A stretch of 64,000 nucleotides of DNA from assembly GCF_018350175.1 (NCBI RefSeq), contig NC_058368.1, positions 231,572,001 to 231,636,000 on the forward strand, given 5' to 3'. The notes beneath the pieces were generated by a model, which was not told where the DNA came from, did no database searches, and saw nothing but the letters and a program-made list of their open reading frames with translations. The position numbers were made by a program, and so were the translations under genes. Below, one piece after another: positions 24,570-36,683 of this stretch (position 1 is its first letter; each line of letters opens with the position of its first letter). The DNA comes from Felis catus (Eukaryota).

Positions 24570-24755
24570 GCATTTTCTTAACACCTTTTTTTTTGAGGGG
24601 GTGGAGGGACAGAGGGAGGGGGAGAGAGAATCTTTCACGGGCTGCACACCCGGCTCAGAGCCCGACGCAGGGCTCGATCCCACGAAACCTGGGATCGTGA
24701 CCTGAGCTGAAACCGAGAGCTGGACTCTCAGCCAACTGAGCCACCCAGGTGCTCC
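24570..24755 (-). mobile_element. Older Can-SINE
   Basis: Antisense head ...gagccacccaggtgctcc. Confidence 0.9.
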
Positions 24756-25454
24756 TTAAATCCCCTGTTCCCTGTAGGAACCAGTAGTCGGGTAGGTAAA
24801 CAAGGAGAAGAAACTCCATGGTGTTTGTAGAAGGAGGGCGCTGTTGGCCACTTTATATCCTGAGAATTAACCTCAGTGGAGAGGGGGGAAGAAGTGGGGG
24901 CCGTGGACCTAATTTGGGGCCACTGGGCCTCCGGGAAGAAAAATCGATGCAATGTGCCACACTGGTGACGGGCGTGAGCTCTGGGGCTTAATCAGGCCCT
25001 AGATGACATTTGACATTGGCCGCTAAAGACAGATAGGATTTATTATTGTTAATTCTGAACATTTTATTCTATACATAAAAAAAAAGAAAAAAAAAGGTTT
25101 CATATAAAAATGTAAAACCCCCATGATAAATATCTAATGACAGTCTATTTCGACTTTTATTTCTATATCATATATTTTAATGGTGTTGATATTCATGGAG
25201 AATATAATATTTATGTGTTCTCTTTTTTAATCAGTTGCTGTTACTCCACTTAGACATTCCCAAGCATCCTTACATTTTGCATTGAGTTTTTAAGGATTGA
25301 TGTAGGTCTGTTTGTGTTTACTAGTGAGAAAAATCTTTCAGATATGGACACAAGTTGGTAGAGGTGAGAATGAGTGAAGGGCATCAAAATGGAACAGTCT
25401 GGTTTGAGTGCGAGGAACAGTGAAGCGTCCAGGAGAGTCTGGGATTCAGAGAAA

Positions 25455-26242
25455 TGTGTCTTACACTAAAAAGCAGTGGGGGGCTGCTTTATCAAAATAC
25501 TGTCAACTGGGTGGTTTAAAAGGCAGAATTTCATTCCCCACAGCTCTGGAAACTGGGATGTCTGAGTTCAAGGTGCTAGCGCATTCAGTTCCTGGCTTGT
25601 AGACATCTGCCTTCTTGCTGAGTGCTCAGAGTGTGTGTGAAGGGGGAGACAGGGAGGGAGAGAAAAGAGAAAAGGAGGAGGGGTGAGAGAGAAAGGAAAG
25701 GGGGAAAGAGGGAGGGAGGGAAGGGGAGAGAAGGAGGGGGGAGGGAGGGAGGAATAGAAGGAAGGAGGAGAAGGGAGAGAGAGAGGGGAAGGGAGAAAGG
25801 AGGGGGAGAGGGAGAGGGAGAGAGCGAGGGAAAGGAAGTGAAGAGAAAAAGAGAGATGGGGGAGGGAGAGAGAGAAGAGAAGAGAAAAAGAGAGAGGGGA
25901 GGGGGAGGGAGGAAGAGAGAGGAAGGAAAGAAAAGATGGGACGAAGGGAGAGAGGAGGCAACAGAGTAGAGAGGGAGCAAAGAGAGAGAGGGAGGAGGAG
26001 GGAGAGGGAGGGAAGAGAGACCAGGGGAGAGAGGGAGGAAGGAAGGGAAGGAGAGAGAGAGAGGAGGGAAAAGAAGGGAGGGAGGGAGAGGGGAGGAGAG
26101 AGGGAAAGAGAAGAAAGAAAAGAGGGAGGAAGGAAGGGACGGAGAGAGAGAAAGCGACAGTGAGAGAGCCAGTGAGCATACATTAGGGATTAAGGCTTCA
26201 ATACATGAATTCTGGGGGAATACAAACATTTAGTCCGTAGTA
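25455..26242 (-). mobile_element. MLT1A-type LTR containing an expanded purine tract
   Basis: ctgggtggtttaaaaggcagaatt...gagttcaaggtgctag on the left; acattagggattaaggcttcaatacatgaattctggggg on the right. Confidence 0.85.
25639..26168. repeat. About 530-bp polypurine (GA-rich) low-complexity tract
   Basis: Almost exclusively A/G, with only about 20 pyrimidines. Confidence 0.95.
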
Positions 26243-26589
26243 GAGTGTAACAGGAAATAGGTTTGGAAAAGCTGGTAGGGCCCAGATTCTAGAGGGCCTT
26301 TCAAGTCCAATAGGGAATGTAGAAAAAAATTGAAGTCAATCAATGCTATTGAAGACATCAATCATAAAGATATCATGATCAGACCTCAGCTTTGGGAAAA
26401 TTCCCCGGGCAAGAGCCATTTCCTTCTAAGCCTCTGTTTAATTCTGGCTCTGTTCTCAGGACCCGGCTGGCTTGGAAGGGACTTTGACTAGATTCTTTTT
26501 TGTGGAAAATTGTATCCATTGCAAAAGGCCTCAACGATACGTGGGAAGATTCCACAGAGAATACAGAATTCACAGCCAATGAGGAAGTA

Positions 26590-26877
26590 GACCATGGTGC
26601 CAGTCAGATCTGTGCTGATCTGCACAACGTTTGCTACTGGTCCACAGCGACGTAAATACAGAAATTGAGAGTAAACATTTAGAAACTTTTCTATTAATTT
26701 GACAGAACAATTTTATATTTTCTGAGCCTAAAAATAATTAGATTCCCATTTAGTATGATTTTATTTATTTTAATAGTTTATTTCTGTTGTATTTCACAAA
26801 GGTTTTGGTGCATATGGTTTGTGGGAAATTAAGAATAATCGTTTGGACCTTTACTACTGGGAGCTTGAGAAGCACTG
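26590..26877. mobile_element. hAT-Charlie DNA transposon fossil (Charlie18a-like)
   Basis: acagaaattgagagtaaacatttagaaactttt; terminal tgagaagcactg TIR. Confidence 0.65.
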
Positions 26878-26889
26878 ACTTGGTAGAGC

Positions 26890-27100
26890 CAGTAAGAGCA
26901 GACGCCGCTGTTGTTCCTTCTACCTGTGTTCAAATCCTCACGCTGTCACTTGCTAACTGCCCCCCTTAGGTAAATTATTCACATCCTCTGAATCCTAGCT
27001 CTTGGATGATAGTACCTACTTCATAGGATAGGGTTAACGTGAGGGCTAATCGAGATTATCGGATCTCGTCACTCCAACGTTTAGTGTTTGGCATGCATTC
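26890..27100 (+). mobile_element. MIR
   Basis: gttcaaatcc...cacttgctaactg...ttaggtaaattatt...gatagtacctacttcatagg. Confidence 0.75.
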
Positions 27101-27329
27101 TGTAACATGCATTATTCCTTCTCAGGTGGGCACATGAGCAGTGGCAAGAAATTTAGCAGAACTTGGATATTTTTAGAGGTGAGGTTTTCACCCCAGAAGT
27201 GCTCAGATCTCTTTCTGATAATGATCCCTTCTCCTCGTTAGGTTTCTGTGAAAGTAATATATGAAACAGTAGATAATTTAACTCTGTGGCACTTTGTTAC
27301 GCATTAATAGAAAACGAATACGCTGTTTT

Positions 27330-27580
27330 AATGTAACATCCCACTGGTTACTTTTAGAGAAAGCATCCCTGTGGTTGCTCTTTTGTGGTTGCGAAAGGAG
27401 ACACGAGTGGATGGGGATAGACCGGTAACATAAGTCAGAGTCAAAATGGTATTGCAGGGGATGGAGAGAAGAGAAACGACGGAAACATTCAGGAAGCGCT
27501 GAAAGATGAGCGTAACGGAGAAGGGCATGTCAGAAGTGACTCCTCGGCTTCTGGCTTGCAGCAGGTCAGTGACTTTCCTG
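27330..27580 (-). mobile_element. L2 fragment
   Basis: gtgactcctcggcttctggcttg and related antisense L2 motifs. Confidence 0.5.
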
Positions 27581-27812
27581 AAGAATTGAGAGACGACTGA
27601 TTAAATCTATTCTTAAAATCTGAATGAAGACACGGAAGAGACGCTGAAGCAATGAAGACTTGAAAGGCAAACCATTCAGAAGGAAGGGACTTACCGAAAG
27701 ATTAGCTCACGCTTGTGAGCTGCTTCTCTCTCAGAGCGTTTACAGGGGGTGAGGAGTTGAGAAACCAGAAAGAGATCCCTAGATAAAAGGTAGAGAAACC
27801 AGCTCAACTTTT

Positions 27813-28039
27813 TTTTTTTTATTAAATTTTTTTTTTCAACGTTTATTTATTTTGGGGACAGAGAGAGACAGAGCATGAACGGGGGAGGGGCAGAGAGAGA
27901 GGGAGACACAGAATCGGAAACAGGCTCCAGGCTCCGAGCCATCAGCCCAGAGCCTGACGCGGGGCTCGAACTCACAGGCCGCGAGATCGTGACCTGGCTG
28001 AAGTTGGACGCTTAACCGACTGCGCCACCCAGGCGCCCC
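27813..28039 (-). mobile_element. Young Can-SINE (3' monomer of dimer)
   Basis: Full-length SINEC_Fc-type. Confidence 0.97.
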
Positions 28040-28046
28040 AAGGAAA

Positions 28047-28276
28047 TTTTTTTTTTTAATTTTTTTTTTTCAACATTTATTTATTTTTTTTGGGACAGAG
28101 AGAGACAGAGCATGAACGGGGCAGGGGCAGAGAGAGAGGGAGACACAGAATCGGAAACAGGCTCCAGGCTCTGAGCCATCAGCCCAGAGCCCGACGCGGG
28201 GCTCGAACTCACGGACTGCGAGATCGTGACCTGGCTGAAGTCGGACGCTTAACCGACTGCGCCACCCAGGCGCCCC
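28047..28276 (-). mobile_element. Young Can-SINE (5' monomer of dimer)
   Basis: Full length; the pair is enclosed by TSD ccagctc(a/g)actttt at 27799 and 28277. Confidence 0.97.
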
Positions 28277-28928
28277 CCAGCTCGACTTTTAACATGAGGT
28301 TGGAGAGCAAAAATTTGTAATTTGAAGTTGCCAAGATGGGCAGAATGGGAGAAACCGAGGTCTTGGAAATATGCATGGCCTGGAGAGGGAAGTCCAACTT
28401 TGGTGGTTTTTTCCCCTTTAAGGTATTCACCTGATTCTTAAGCTACATTGGGCTGGATGCTAAGGAGGTGAGTAGAAAGCTCCTGAAAACAGGAGGTTTG
28501 AGAAGTCTCAAGGTTTCCAGGAGACAAAAAATGGAGGTCAGGACTTGCCAAGGAGGAGAGGTCCTAGTACACAGTAGGTGTCCCAAGCTTCTACTTGGAA
28601 CCCACGGGAAGCTGTATCCCAGGAGCAGAGATGAACCAGAGACAGACAGGGATTTATAAAAACTGCAGCCTTGCCTCAAGTCAGTCTAATGTCTAGTTGG
28701 GTTGAGGTGGTCTGCTTCAACATAGACTGCCTACCAGAATATAGGAAAAACTTTCCTGGAGGAAGGTAATGTGCTCTAGAGCTTTTGCAAGTTTTAATAG
28801 ATAACGTCCGACTTTCAAGAAAAAATTACCAGACATATCAAGAAACAGCGTCAAGGGAAAAAAGACAATAGAAGCATACCCACAGATGATAAGAGTTTCC
28901 GCACGTGTACATTAAAATACCTATGCTT

Positions 28929-29154
28929 GGGGGAGCCTGGTGGCTTGATCAGTTAAGTGTCCAACTCTTGATTTCGACTTAGGTCATGATCTCGCAGTTT
29001 GTGGGTTTGAGCCCTGGGTTGGGCTCTGCGCTGACAGGGTGGAGCCTGCTTGCGATTCTCTCTCTCCCTGTCCCCCAGCCCCTCCCCTGCTGGCTCTCTC
29101 TCTCCCCCTCTCTCTGAAAATAAATAAATAAACATTTTAAAATAAAATAAAATA
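28929..29154 (+). mobile_element. Can-SINE
   Basis: Head, linker and (TAAAA)n tail. Confidence 0.93.
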
Positions 29155-29369
29155 GGGGCTCCTGGGTGGCTTGGTCGGTTGAACATCTGACTTCAGCTCA
29201 GGTCATGATCTCACGGTCCGTGAGTTCGAGCCCCGCGTCGGGCTCTGTGCTGACAGCCCGGAACCTGGAGCCTGCTTCCGATTCTGTGTCTCCCTCTCTC
29301 TGCCATTCCCCTGATTTTACTCTCTCTCAAAAATAAATAAACATTAAAATAAAGTAAAATAAAATAAAA
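29155..29369 (+). mobile_element. Can-SINE directly following or inserted in the previous SINE's tail
   Basis: Head starts immediately after aaataaaata. Confidence 0.95.
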
Positions 29370-31914
29370 GTCGATGTGAAATAAAGACATTTTTAGATAA
29401 ATATAAACAGAGATTTTGTAACTAACAGAACTTCACTGCTAGTGAAATTCGAAAGGCAGTTCTTCAGGTAAAAAAAAAGAATACCATCGGGGGAAAAATA
29501 CAGTAAGAGAGGATAATCAGTAGAGGCAGTGGAAATAAATGAATACTGACTATACAAAATAATAACGATGTCTTGGGATTTAAAGTAAGTGTAGAATATA
29601 TAGAGTTAAAATGCATGACAATAATTATTCAAAGACATTAAGGGGCAAATGGAGTTCACGTGTTGGAACAGTGTTTCGATGGTGGCAAAAATCGTAATTC
29701 ATGTTAGACTTGAAAAGGTCAAGGGTGCATGCTCTAATCTTTAGACTCACGACTAAACGATGGCAGGATGATGTATAACTAAAACCAGATGGGAAAGGAC
29801 AAATGAGAAAAACAGGGTGAATACTGGTGCCGTTCATTCAGTGGTGAACTCTGGAAAGTTTTAAGAAGAGCGGTAAACTTGCTGGTTGGATAAATTCGCG
29901 TGGATCTCAGAAGAGATGTGAGAGCTAGAGGTAAATTCTTCTGGAGGCATCTGCTTCCCAGGTAAAGTTGAAGAGGAGTGAGGAATATTCCATTTGCGCA
30001 GGTCAGTCCTTAGTTTGTCTCACCTTCTCTGCTGCTGGAATTGAAGTGATGAACGGAATAGGTAGCAGATCCCCACGAGGGAATCGGATGCGGGAAATAC
30101 GTGGCAGTAAGCGTAGCGGTAAAGCTATTACCGCATAGTCGTCTTGTTCGCTGATAATCTTGGTCCATTCAAAGGTGAACCGACCCGGGTCTGGCCTGAT
30201 AGGGGCTGAATGTCATAGCACATAATCTATCACATAAAATATTCTATATTAAAATGGCCAAGATATAAATGCTTAATTGTGAAATATTGGAAAGGAAGAA
30301 TAATGCTTGTGATTTTAAGTATATAATCACCTGTAATGAACTCCTTTTTTTTTTTTTTTTTTTTTAGATAGGTGTATCTTTACTCCCTCTGACACTACTT
30401 TACATAAAAAAGGTACTCATCCGTGGTGGTTCAGCCTCACGAAATGCTCAATACCTCTGATGTTAAGCCTGTAAAGAATTTTGCTCATTCATCCTTTATT
30501 GACAGCCGAAATCGAGCTTTTGAGTAATTTTGCATTTATTGGGTTCCTCAAGCACAATTTGTCATGTTTCAATGTAGAAAAACACCCTCCCCGTTGTGAG
30601 ATCGTCGAGGGTGCTGTGATAGTAATTTCAAGGAGTTTCATCACCTCACTGAAAGCTTGTCTTCTTTATTTTTGTCTTAAAAAAAAAAAAGAGTAATGGA
30701 ACAGATTTCATTCACTTAGGAGATCTGCTTGGATTTATAAAAGATTAAGGCTAAGGCTGGTCTTCAGTGTATTTCATTGTTTGGTAAATCAGGACGTCAT
30801 TTCATGGCCGGTGTTATGTGTGAATTCTTACCCCTTGCTTTCTCATAGCAGCTAGAATGTCAGCAACCTGGGGGTTCAGCCTCCATTATGCATGTACGTG
30901 CTGGGTTTCCATCAACCCCTCCCACATTTGTCACTGCCTTTCTGCTGCCGTGACAAGGCCTGGTTTTGCCGATCTGCTCAGATTCCACAGCCGGGCACGG
31001 AGCCCCCGTGGCCCTGGTGCCTGTACCGCTGGACAGCGGTTGGTGACCCAGACCCGTGCGGCGGGCCTGAGCTCAGACGTTCAGTGTAACACGTTGTGTC
31101 TGTGCACAGGCTTCTGGAATCAGGCCCCCAGCCTGCACTTACATATCCAGTCAGTCCAGGTCTGAAACCCGAGCCTCCCAAGCTCCCACCGTGGACTGCT
31201 GGGTTAGCCCGTGGCCGATGTTTAAATGCACAGCAGAGAAAACGCTGAAGGTCAGTGTTCTCTATGTGAATCATTTCCAGCTCTGCAGATGACCTCGAGG
31301 GACCGAGCTTCCTTCACAATGAGATCATCGCACCTTCTTTTCTCATCCTGAAATATTCATATCAGAGAGGCCCTTTCCTGGGCTTGCTTTTTGACGTGAT
31401 GCAGCGGAGAGCAAGGCTCTCAGAATGAAACTCTCACTCGGCATTAAAGCTCCCAGCACCTCTGACTGATTCCGTCTTGGGAACTGTGGATGGGAAAATC
31501 AGGGGTGCATGTCAGTGGTGACCCCACGTTGCTGAGGAACAGGAATCTCTGCATCCCGAGGTGTCATTTTGCATCACTTATGCATGACTGTCACAGCTGT
31601 AGGTGATGGTTGTTGCCTTTTCTTTGCATATTTGGGGTGAAAAGACAAGCCATGGCTCAAGAGATGTCTCTGCTGGCACGAGGGGTGGGCTTCTCTGGGG
31701 ACATTTAGATTAGTGTTGCATCTACAGTTTCAGAGGAGTATTCCATTCTCTTCTCCAACCTCCTGTGCTCCCACACACGCTCGGTCCTTCTCAGAATCAC
31801 GCTCTGGGGAAGAAGAGGGAGCCACTGACTCTCCTGGAGAAGAACAAGGATGGAGTGAAGATACTGAGTGTGGGTGTGCCAGAGCAGAGCCCCCCTCCCC
31901 CCAAGCTGCCTGGG

Positions 31915-32035
31915 CACTTTGGCAGATTTCTGGACCCCATTCCAGACAGAGAGGATTAGAACCCCAGAGAGCTGTGCCCTGGGATCTGTGCTCTTTCAAA
32001 GCTCCCTTAAGTGATTCTGATCATCCTCCTGACGG
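31915..32035. mobile_element. MER5-like hAT-Charlie fragment
   Basis: gcagatttctggaccccattccagac...gggatctgtgctctttcaaagctccc...gtgattctgat. Confidence 0.6.
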
Positions 32036-32229
32036 CCACACCTTTCCTGGGCCACTTGTCCCTGCGTCCTCACCCATGGATCTGACGGAGATGCTCACCA
32101 AGTATAACCAAGGCTTGGCCTGTGGTGTGACCTGACTGAGGAAGCAAGGCTGGGACTCAAAGATGTCAGAGAACAAGGGAAACCACGGGAGAGACACAGA
32201 CTCTCCTCAACAGCAAGCAGATGATCTAG

Positions 32230-32800
32230 TCATTCATTCGGCACCTATTTACTGTGCACCTACTGTATACACCAGGTGCCTTTCGAGATGCTGGGGCACA
32301 GCAGTCAACAAGACAGACAAGATCCCCACTCTCTAGGACAATACGATCGGGGAGATAGGTGATAAGCCAGACAAATACAGGGCTGTTCCACGAGTCTGGA
32401 ATTTTGTTTTGTTCACGTACGTCGTCCCCTGCATTAGAGCAATGCCTCATGCATCGAAGGCCGCTGCTGAATGAAGGAAGAAGGTATTTCAGATAGAGAT
32501 AATATCATGGAGGAAAACAGAACAAGGAGGGAGGCTAGGGGTCTGGGGTGAAGGAGGGTAAGAGGAGCCAGGCTCGTAGGTGCAGCTCCCGGGCAGGTGC
32601 TGACCTTGGAAACTGGGTGACGAGCTGCCTCTCCAGTATGGCTACCGTGGGCCCTGTTAGGTGGATCAAGGATCGGTCTAGGGTGCTGCTCATCTATTTC
32701 CTCGCAAGGGATACTCTGGTCAATTAGCCACCACCTAAGATTCCTGTGGGAATCAAACATTCTGATGATCACCTTATCCTTGCTGCCCAGATGCTCACCT
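32230..32800 (-). mobile_element. L2a 3' end
   Basis: tcattcattcggcacctatttactgtgcacctactgtat...gctggggcacagcagtcaacaagacagacaag. Confidence 0.8.
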
Positions 32801-32912
32801 GGCTTGTAGGTAAGTGCTGTCACTTGGCCTCTACTGTTCTGGGATTCCATCATGTCCATCCCAGTCACCACAGGCCCAGTCTCTGGCCTTCAGAGAATAG
32901 CCACCAGAGAAC

Positions 32913-33118
32913 TTTTTTTTTTTAAGTGTTTATATTTGAGACAGAGAGAGAGAGTGTGGGAGGCACAGAGAGAAGGAGATAGAACCTGAAGCCGGCTCGG
33001 GGCTCTGAGCTCTGAGCTGTTGGCACAGGGCCCGATGCAGAACTTGAACTCACGAGCAGTGAGACCGTGACCTGAGCCGAAGTCGGACGCTTAACCCACT
33101 GAGCCTCCCAGGTGCCCC
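32913..33118 (-). mobile_element. Can-SINE
   Basis: Full length; no TSD visible. Confidence 0.93.
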
Positions 33119-33227
33119 GATAAGTACGCCATCACCTGGAAAGTTACCTGACTCTGTTTAATATGCAGTCTATGGGGAGCAAAGAATATTTTTTGCCATC
33201 AAGTTCCCAGCATCCGATGATAATACA

Positions 33228-33451
33228 AAGCGGAGGTTCTCAGCTGGGGGAAGTTTTGCCCCACAGGGAACATAGGGGAACATGTGTCTGGAGACAGTGG
33301 TTTATCACAGCTTGGGGGTGGGCAAGCTAGAGGCATCTAGTGGGTAGAGGTCAGGGATGTTGTTGAACATCCTACAGTGCTCAGGACAGCCTTTCACAAC
33401 ACAGAATTATTCAGCCCCAGTTGTCAACAGTGCTGAGGTTGGGAAGCTCAG
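33228..33451 (+). mobile_element. MER20 hAT-Charlie MITE
   Basis: ggcatctagtgggtagaggtcagggatg...acatcctacagtgctcaggacagcc. Confidence 0.9.
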
Positions 33452-33646
33452 TATAAAGGAATTTAATGGAGACAATTTATTCAATGTTGAAGCTCCAAAT
33501 GACACACGCAACTGGCTTTCGCTGGGCTCTGATGATGAATTTATTCTAGATTCAGTTTGCATTAACATCCACTGGGTTCGTACTGGATGACCCATCCTGC
33601 ACAATCTTCCTACATCATGAGCTTCTTTCTATAAAAAAGAACCCTA

Positions 33647-33880
33647 GGGGCAGCCGGGTGGCTCCGTTGGTTGAGCGTCCAACTTCAGCTCAGGTCATGA
33701 TCTCACAGTTTGGGGGTTCGAGCCCCGCGTCGGGCTCCGTGCTGACAGCTCGCAGCCTGGAACCTGCTTTGGATTCTGTGTCTCCGTCTCTCTCTGCCTT
33801 TTCCCCACTCCCACTCTATGGCTCTCTCTCTCTCTCTCTCAAAAATAAAGAAGCATTAAAAAAAATAAAAAATAAATTAA
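33647..33880 (+). mobile_element. Can-SINE
   Basis: TSD aaaaagaacc. Confidence 0.95.
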
Positions 33881-36231
33881 AAAGAACCTGAATTGAGAGA
33901 GGGTCTTGCCCAATTTCAGGGTGTCAGCGAGGGGGGGGGGAGCAAGGATTTGAACTCAGAATCTTTGCTTCTGAGACGTGACTCAGTAGGGAATGGCTGT
34001 CATGGTGGTACCCTGGGTCCTTCCTCACAGGGCAGTGCTCCCCATTCACAAAGCCTCCTCTGGGCTCGAGGTCTGGGTCTAGGATGTTGTTCAGGATGTT
34101 AACATCCTTCTGAGAATTCGTGCTGAATTCTTTTCTTTCAAAATTGGCTGTTAGAGATTGAATGGGGGACAGCCAGCAATTATTCCCTTCCTCTTTGGCC
34201 TCTGTTCCCTGGTCTGATTGAGAGGGACAAAAGAAAACCATTCTATAGGCGTGGAGTGCCAGCACATTGCTGGGAATGGTTCTTAGATTAGCCACATGAC
34301 ACGGGATGAATGCTGAATGGGCCTTTTCGAGGCGTTTCTCACGTGAGGCCCTGTCTGCTTCTTGCATTTCGAGAGTGTGGTGACCGAGGGGCTCCTCCTG
34401 GCCACGGCCAAAGCTCTGGGAGGCCCCAGCTTGGCCAGACTCTGGGGCCCCAGACCATCACAAATTCCTGTGCGCACATGTTTCTTCTTTAGCGAACCGA
34501 GTGTGGCCCAGCGCTGCTCTGCGCTGGCTCCTTGGAACTTGCAACTACTTTGGGAAAGGAAACTTTTCATATCCTTTGGCATTTACGAGCCCTGGGAAGC
34601 CGGGCACATGTTTTTCCGAGCTGCAGTCCTGCCCCTCGGAGCAGGCGGGCAATCAATGTCTAACCTGTTGCCAGGCAGCTCAGGCATCATGAAAGCGACT
34701 TAATCTCCAACGATTAAACATTAAGTGCTTTCTAACATTTAAACGTTAGGCTCGTTTTATGATTGTGAAAGCCGCAGTAAAGCAAGGGGGAGAGAAGTTT
34801 ACTGCTTCTTAACTTGAGCAGCAAATTGAATTTCTATCGATGAGGAGAAATGCTTCTCCCTCTGGATGGAGAAGATGGGCCGAGGTTTGTGGGTTTCGAA
34901 AAAAGATACAGTAATAACGTTTATAGAGATGAAACTGTCAACACTACCCCTAATACTGCAGATTAATTTTGACAGTCGTGTTTATAATGCAGGGGAGAGA
35001 GGGATCGCCTGAGTCCCTGGGGAGTGTCTAGAGCTGAAACTAGAAAAATACAAGTATTTGCTGTGGTTGCTCTGCTGTATTTAATCTGGAGGTATTTCTT
35101 TCTCACGGTACAAACTTTCATCCGTATGTGTGAACACATTAGCATAGGTAACTCTGTACTCCGGGCATATTTTTGTATCTGTTTCAACGGACGCACAGAC
35201 TCGTCTGGAATTGCACGTGTCACGCGAACAGCTAGCATCTGGAGTTTCTTGGTGTGCCAGGCATTGTTAGGTTGCAGGACTTTGTATGTGGCGACCCAAC
35301 CAGGACTGACGTGACCCTCGGAGACAGGCCATCTGGGGCTCCGGTTCCCGATAAAGGAAGTGGGAGCTGGAGGTGGAGGTGGAAATGTGGCCCAGGCGGG
35401 ACTTGAACCCTGGCGGCCTGGCTCCTGGGTCTGCTCTCTGAGTGCCTTCACCTGGGCCAGGCTCGGTGCGCATCCTTCTTTCTACATGTGAGGCGACCCC
35501 GTGCTCCTCCAGATTTGGGGGCGCTGGCTGAGGGGCCTTGAAAGCAGACATGGTAGAGATTAGGGGAGACGGTAGCGACCCAGGTAATCTTCACTCTGAG
35601 CAGAGCAGTCAGCAGCCAGGAATCACTGGGGCTTGAGATGCCCTCCTTTGCTGCTTGCTTGGGGCCAAGTTCACCAGTCAACCTTGGGGCTGACGCTCAA
35701 AGGTTGGCTTCACAGCAGGGAGTTTAGCGCTATAGCCAAAGGCCTGCCTCGAAGGATCTCCATTCTTGATCTCCAAGGAAGGATATACATCTCACATATT
35801 AATTTATTTGGTTCTGTTAAACATTGTCCGACCTACCAAAGCAGCAATTTCAGAGAGGGCAGCCGTATCTATGTTTCTGTTATATTTATAACTAATGACG
35901 AAACAACCCTTGATCAGATTTGGCGATTTTCGGGGGAGGATTTTTCCTTTGTACCAACCAGACATTTTCCTTCCCTTATAGATGCGTGTTGCTAATCCCG
36001 TTTTCCCGTTTCAGGTACCCTAATGACAATTCCTTTTCATCTGATGAATGCTGTCACCCCGCTGCCTTCCAGTATGCATTATCTATGAACATTTGTCCTC
36101 CTTTTCTTTTTTAACCCTGCTGGGTCATTTGGTCACTTACAGAGTTTGTAAGTTTGAAGTTTTTCGCAACTTACAAAGAAGCAGCAAGGTTGAAAACTTT
36201 TTTTAAGTTACATGACATAGAGACGTATTTA

Positions 36232-36419
36232 AAATTTTTTTTTTAATGTTTATTTAGAGAGAGCATGAGCAGGGGCGGGTCAGAGAGAGAGAGAGGGACA
36301 GAGGATCCGAAGTGGGCTTTGTGCTGATGCAGAGAGCCTGATGTGGGGCTCGAACCCACAACTCGTGAGATCATGACCTGAGCTGAAGTCAGACACTTCA
36401 CTGAGCCACCCAGGCACCC
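36232..36419 (-). mobile_element. Can-SINE
   Basis: Imperfect TSD tagaga(c/a)gtatt. Confidence 0.93.
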
Positions 36420-36465
36420 TGTAGAGAAGTATTGTTAAAGCCCTTCAATTCTCTTATCAACATTT

Positions 36466-36683
36466 AAGAAAGAAATTTTTTAATGTGTATTCATATTTGA
36501 GAGAGAGAGAGAGGGAGAGAGAGAGTGCAAGCTGGGGAGGGACAGAGAGAGAGGGAGACAGAATCTGAAGCAGGCTCCAGGCTCTGAGCTGTCAGCACAG
36601 ATGTGGGGCTCAAACTCACGAGCCGTGAGATCATGACCTGAGCTGAAGTCCGGCAGTTAACTGACTGAGCCACCCAGTGCCCC
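36466..36683 (-). mobile_element. Can-SINE
   Basis: Full length, antisense. Confidence 0.93.

Larger units (their letters stand above)
28300..29810 (+). mobile_element. Ancient L1M/HAL1-type 5'UTR-ORF1 remnant
   Basis: aaaattaccagacatatcaagaaacag and gtgaaataaagacatttttagataaa motifs; same architecture as 400-1800. Confidence 0.7.

Noticed and set aside
25568..26229. Longest ORFs (185-214 aa, S/L/P/F-rich or E/R/G-rich)
   Set aside because: Artefact of the stop-free polypurine tract.
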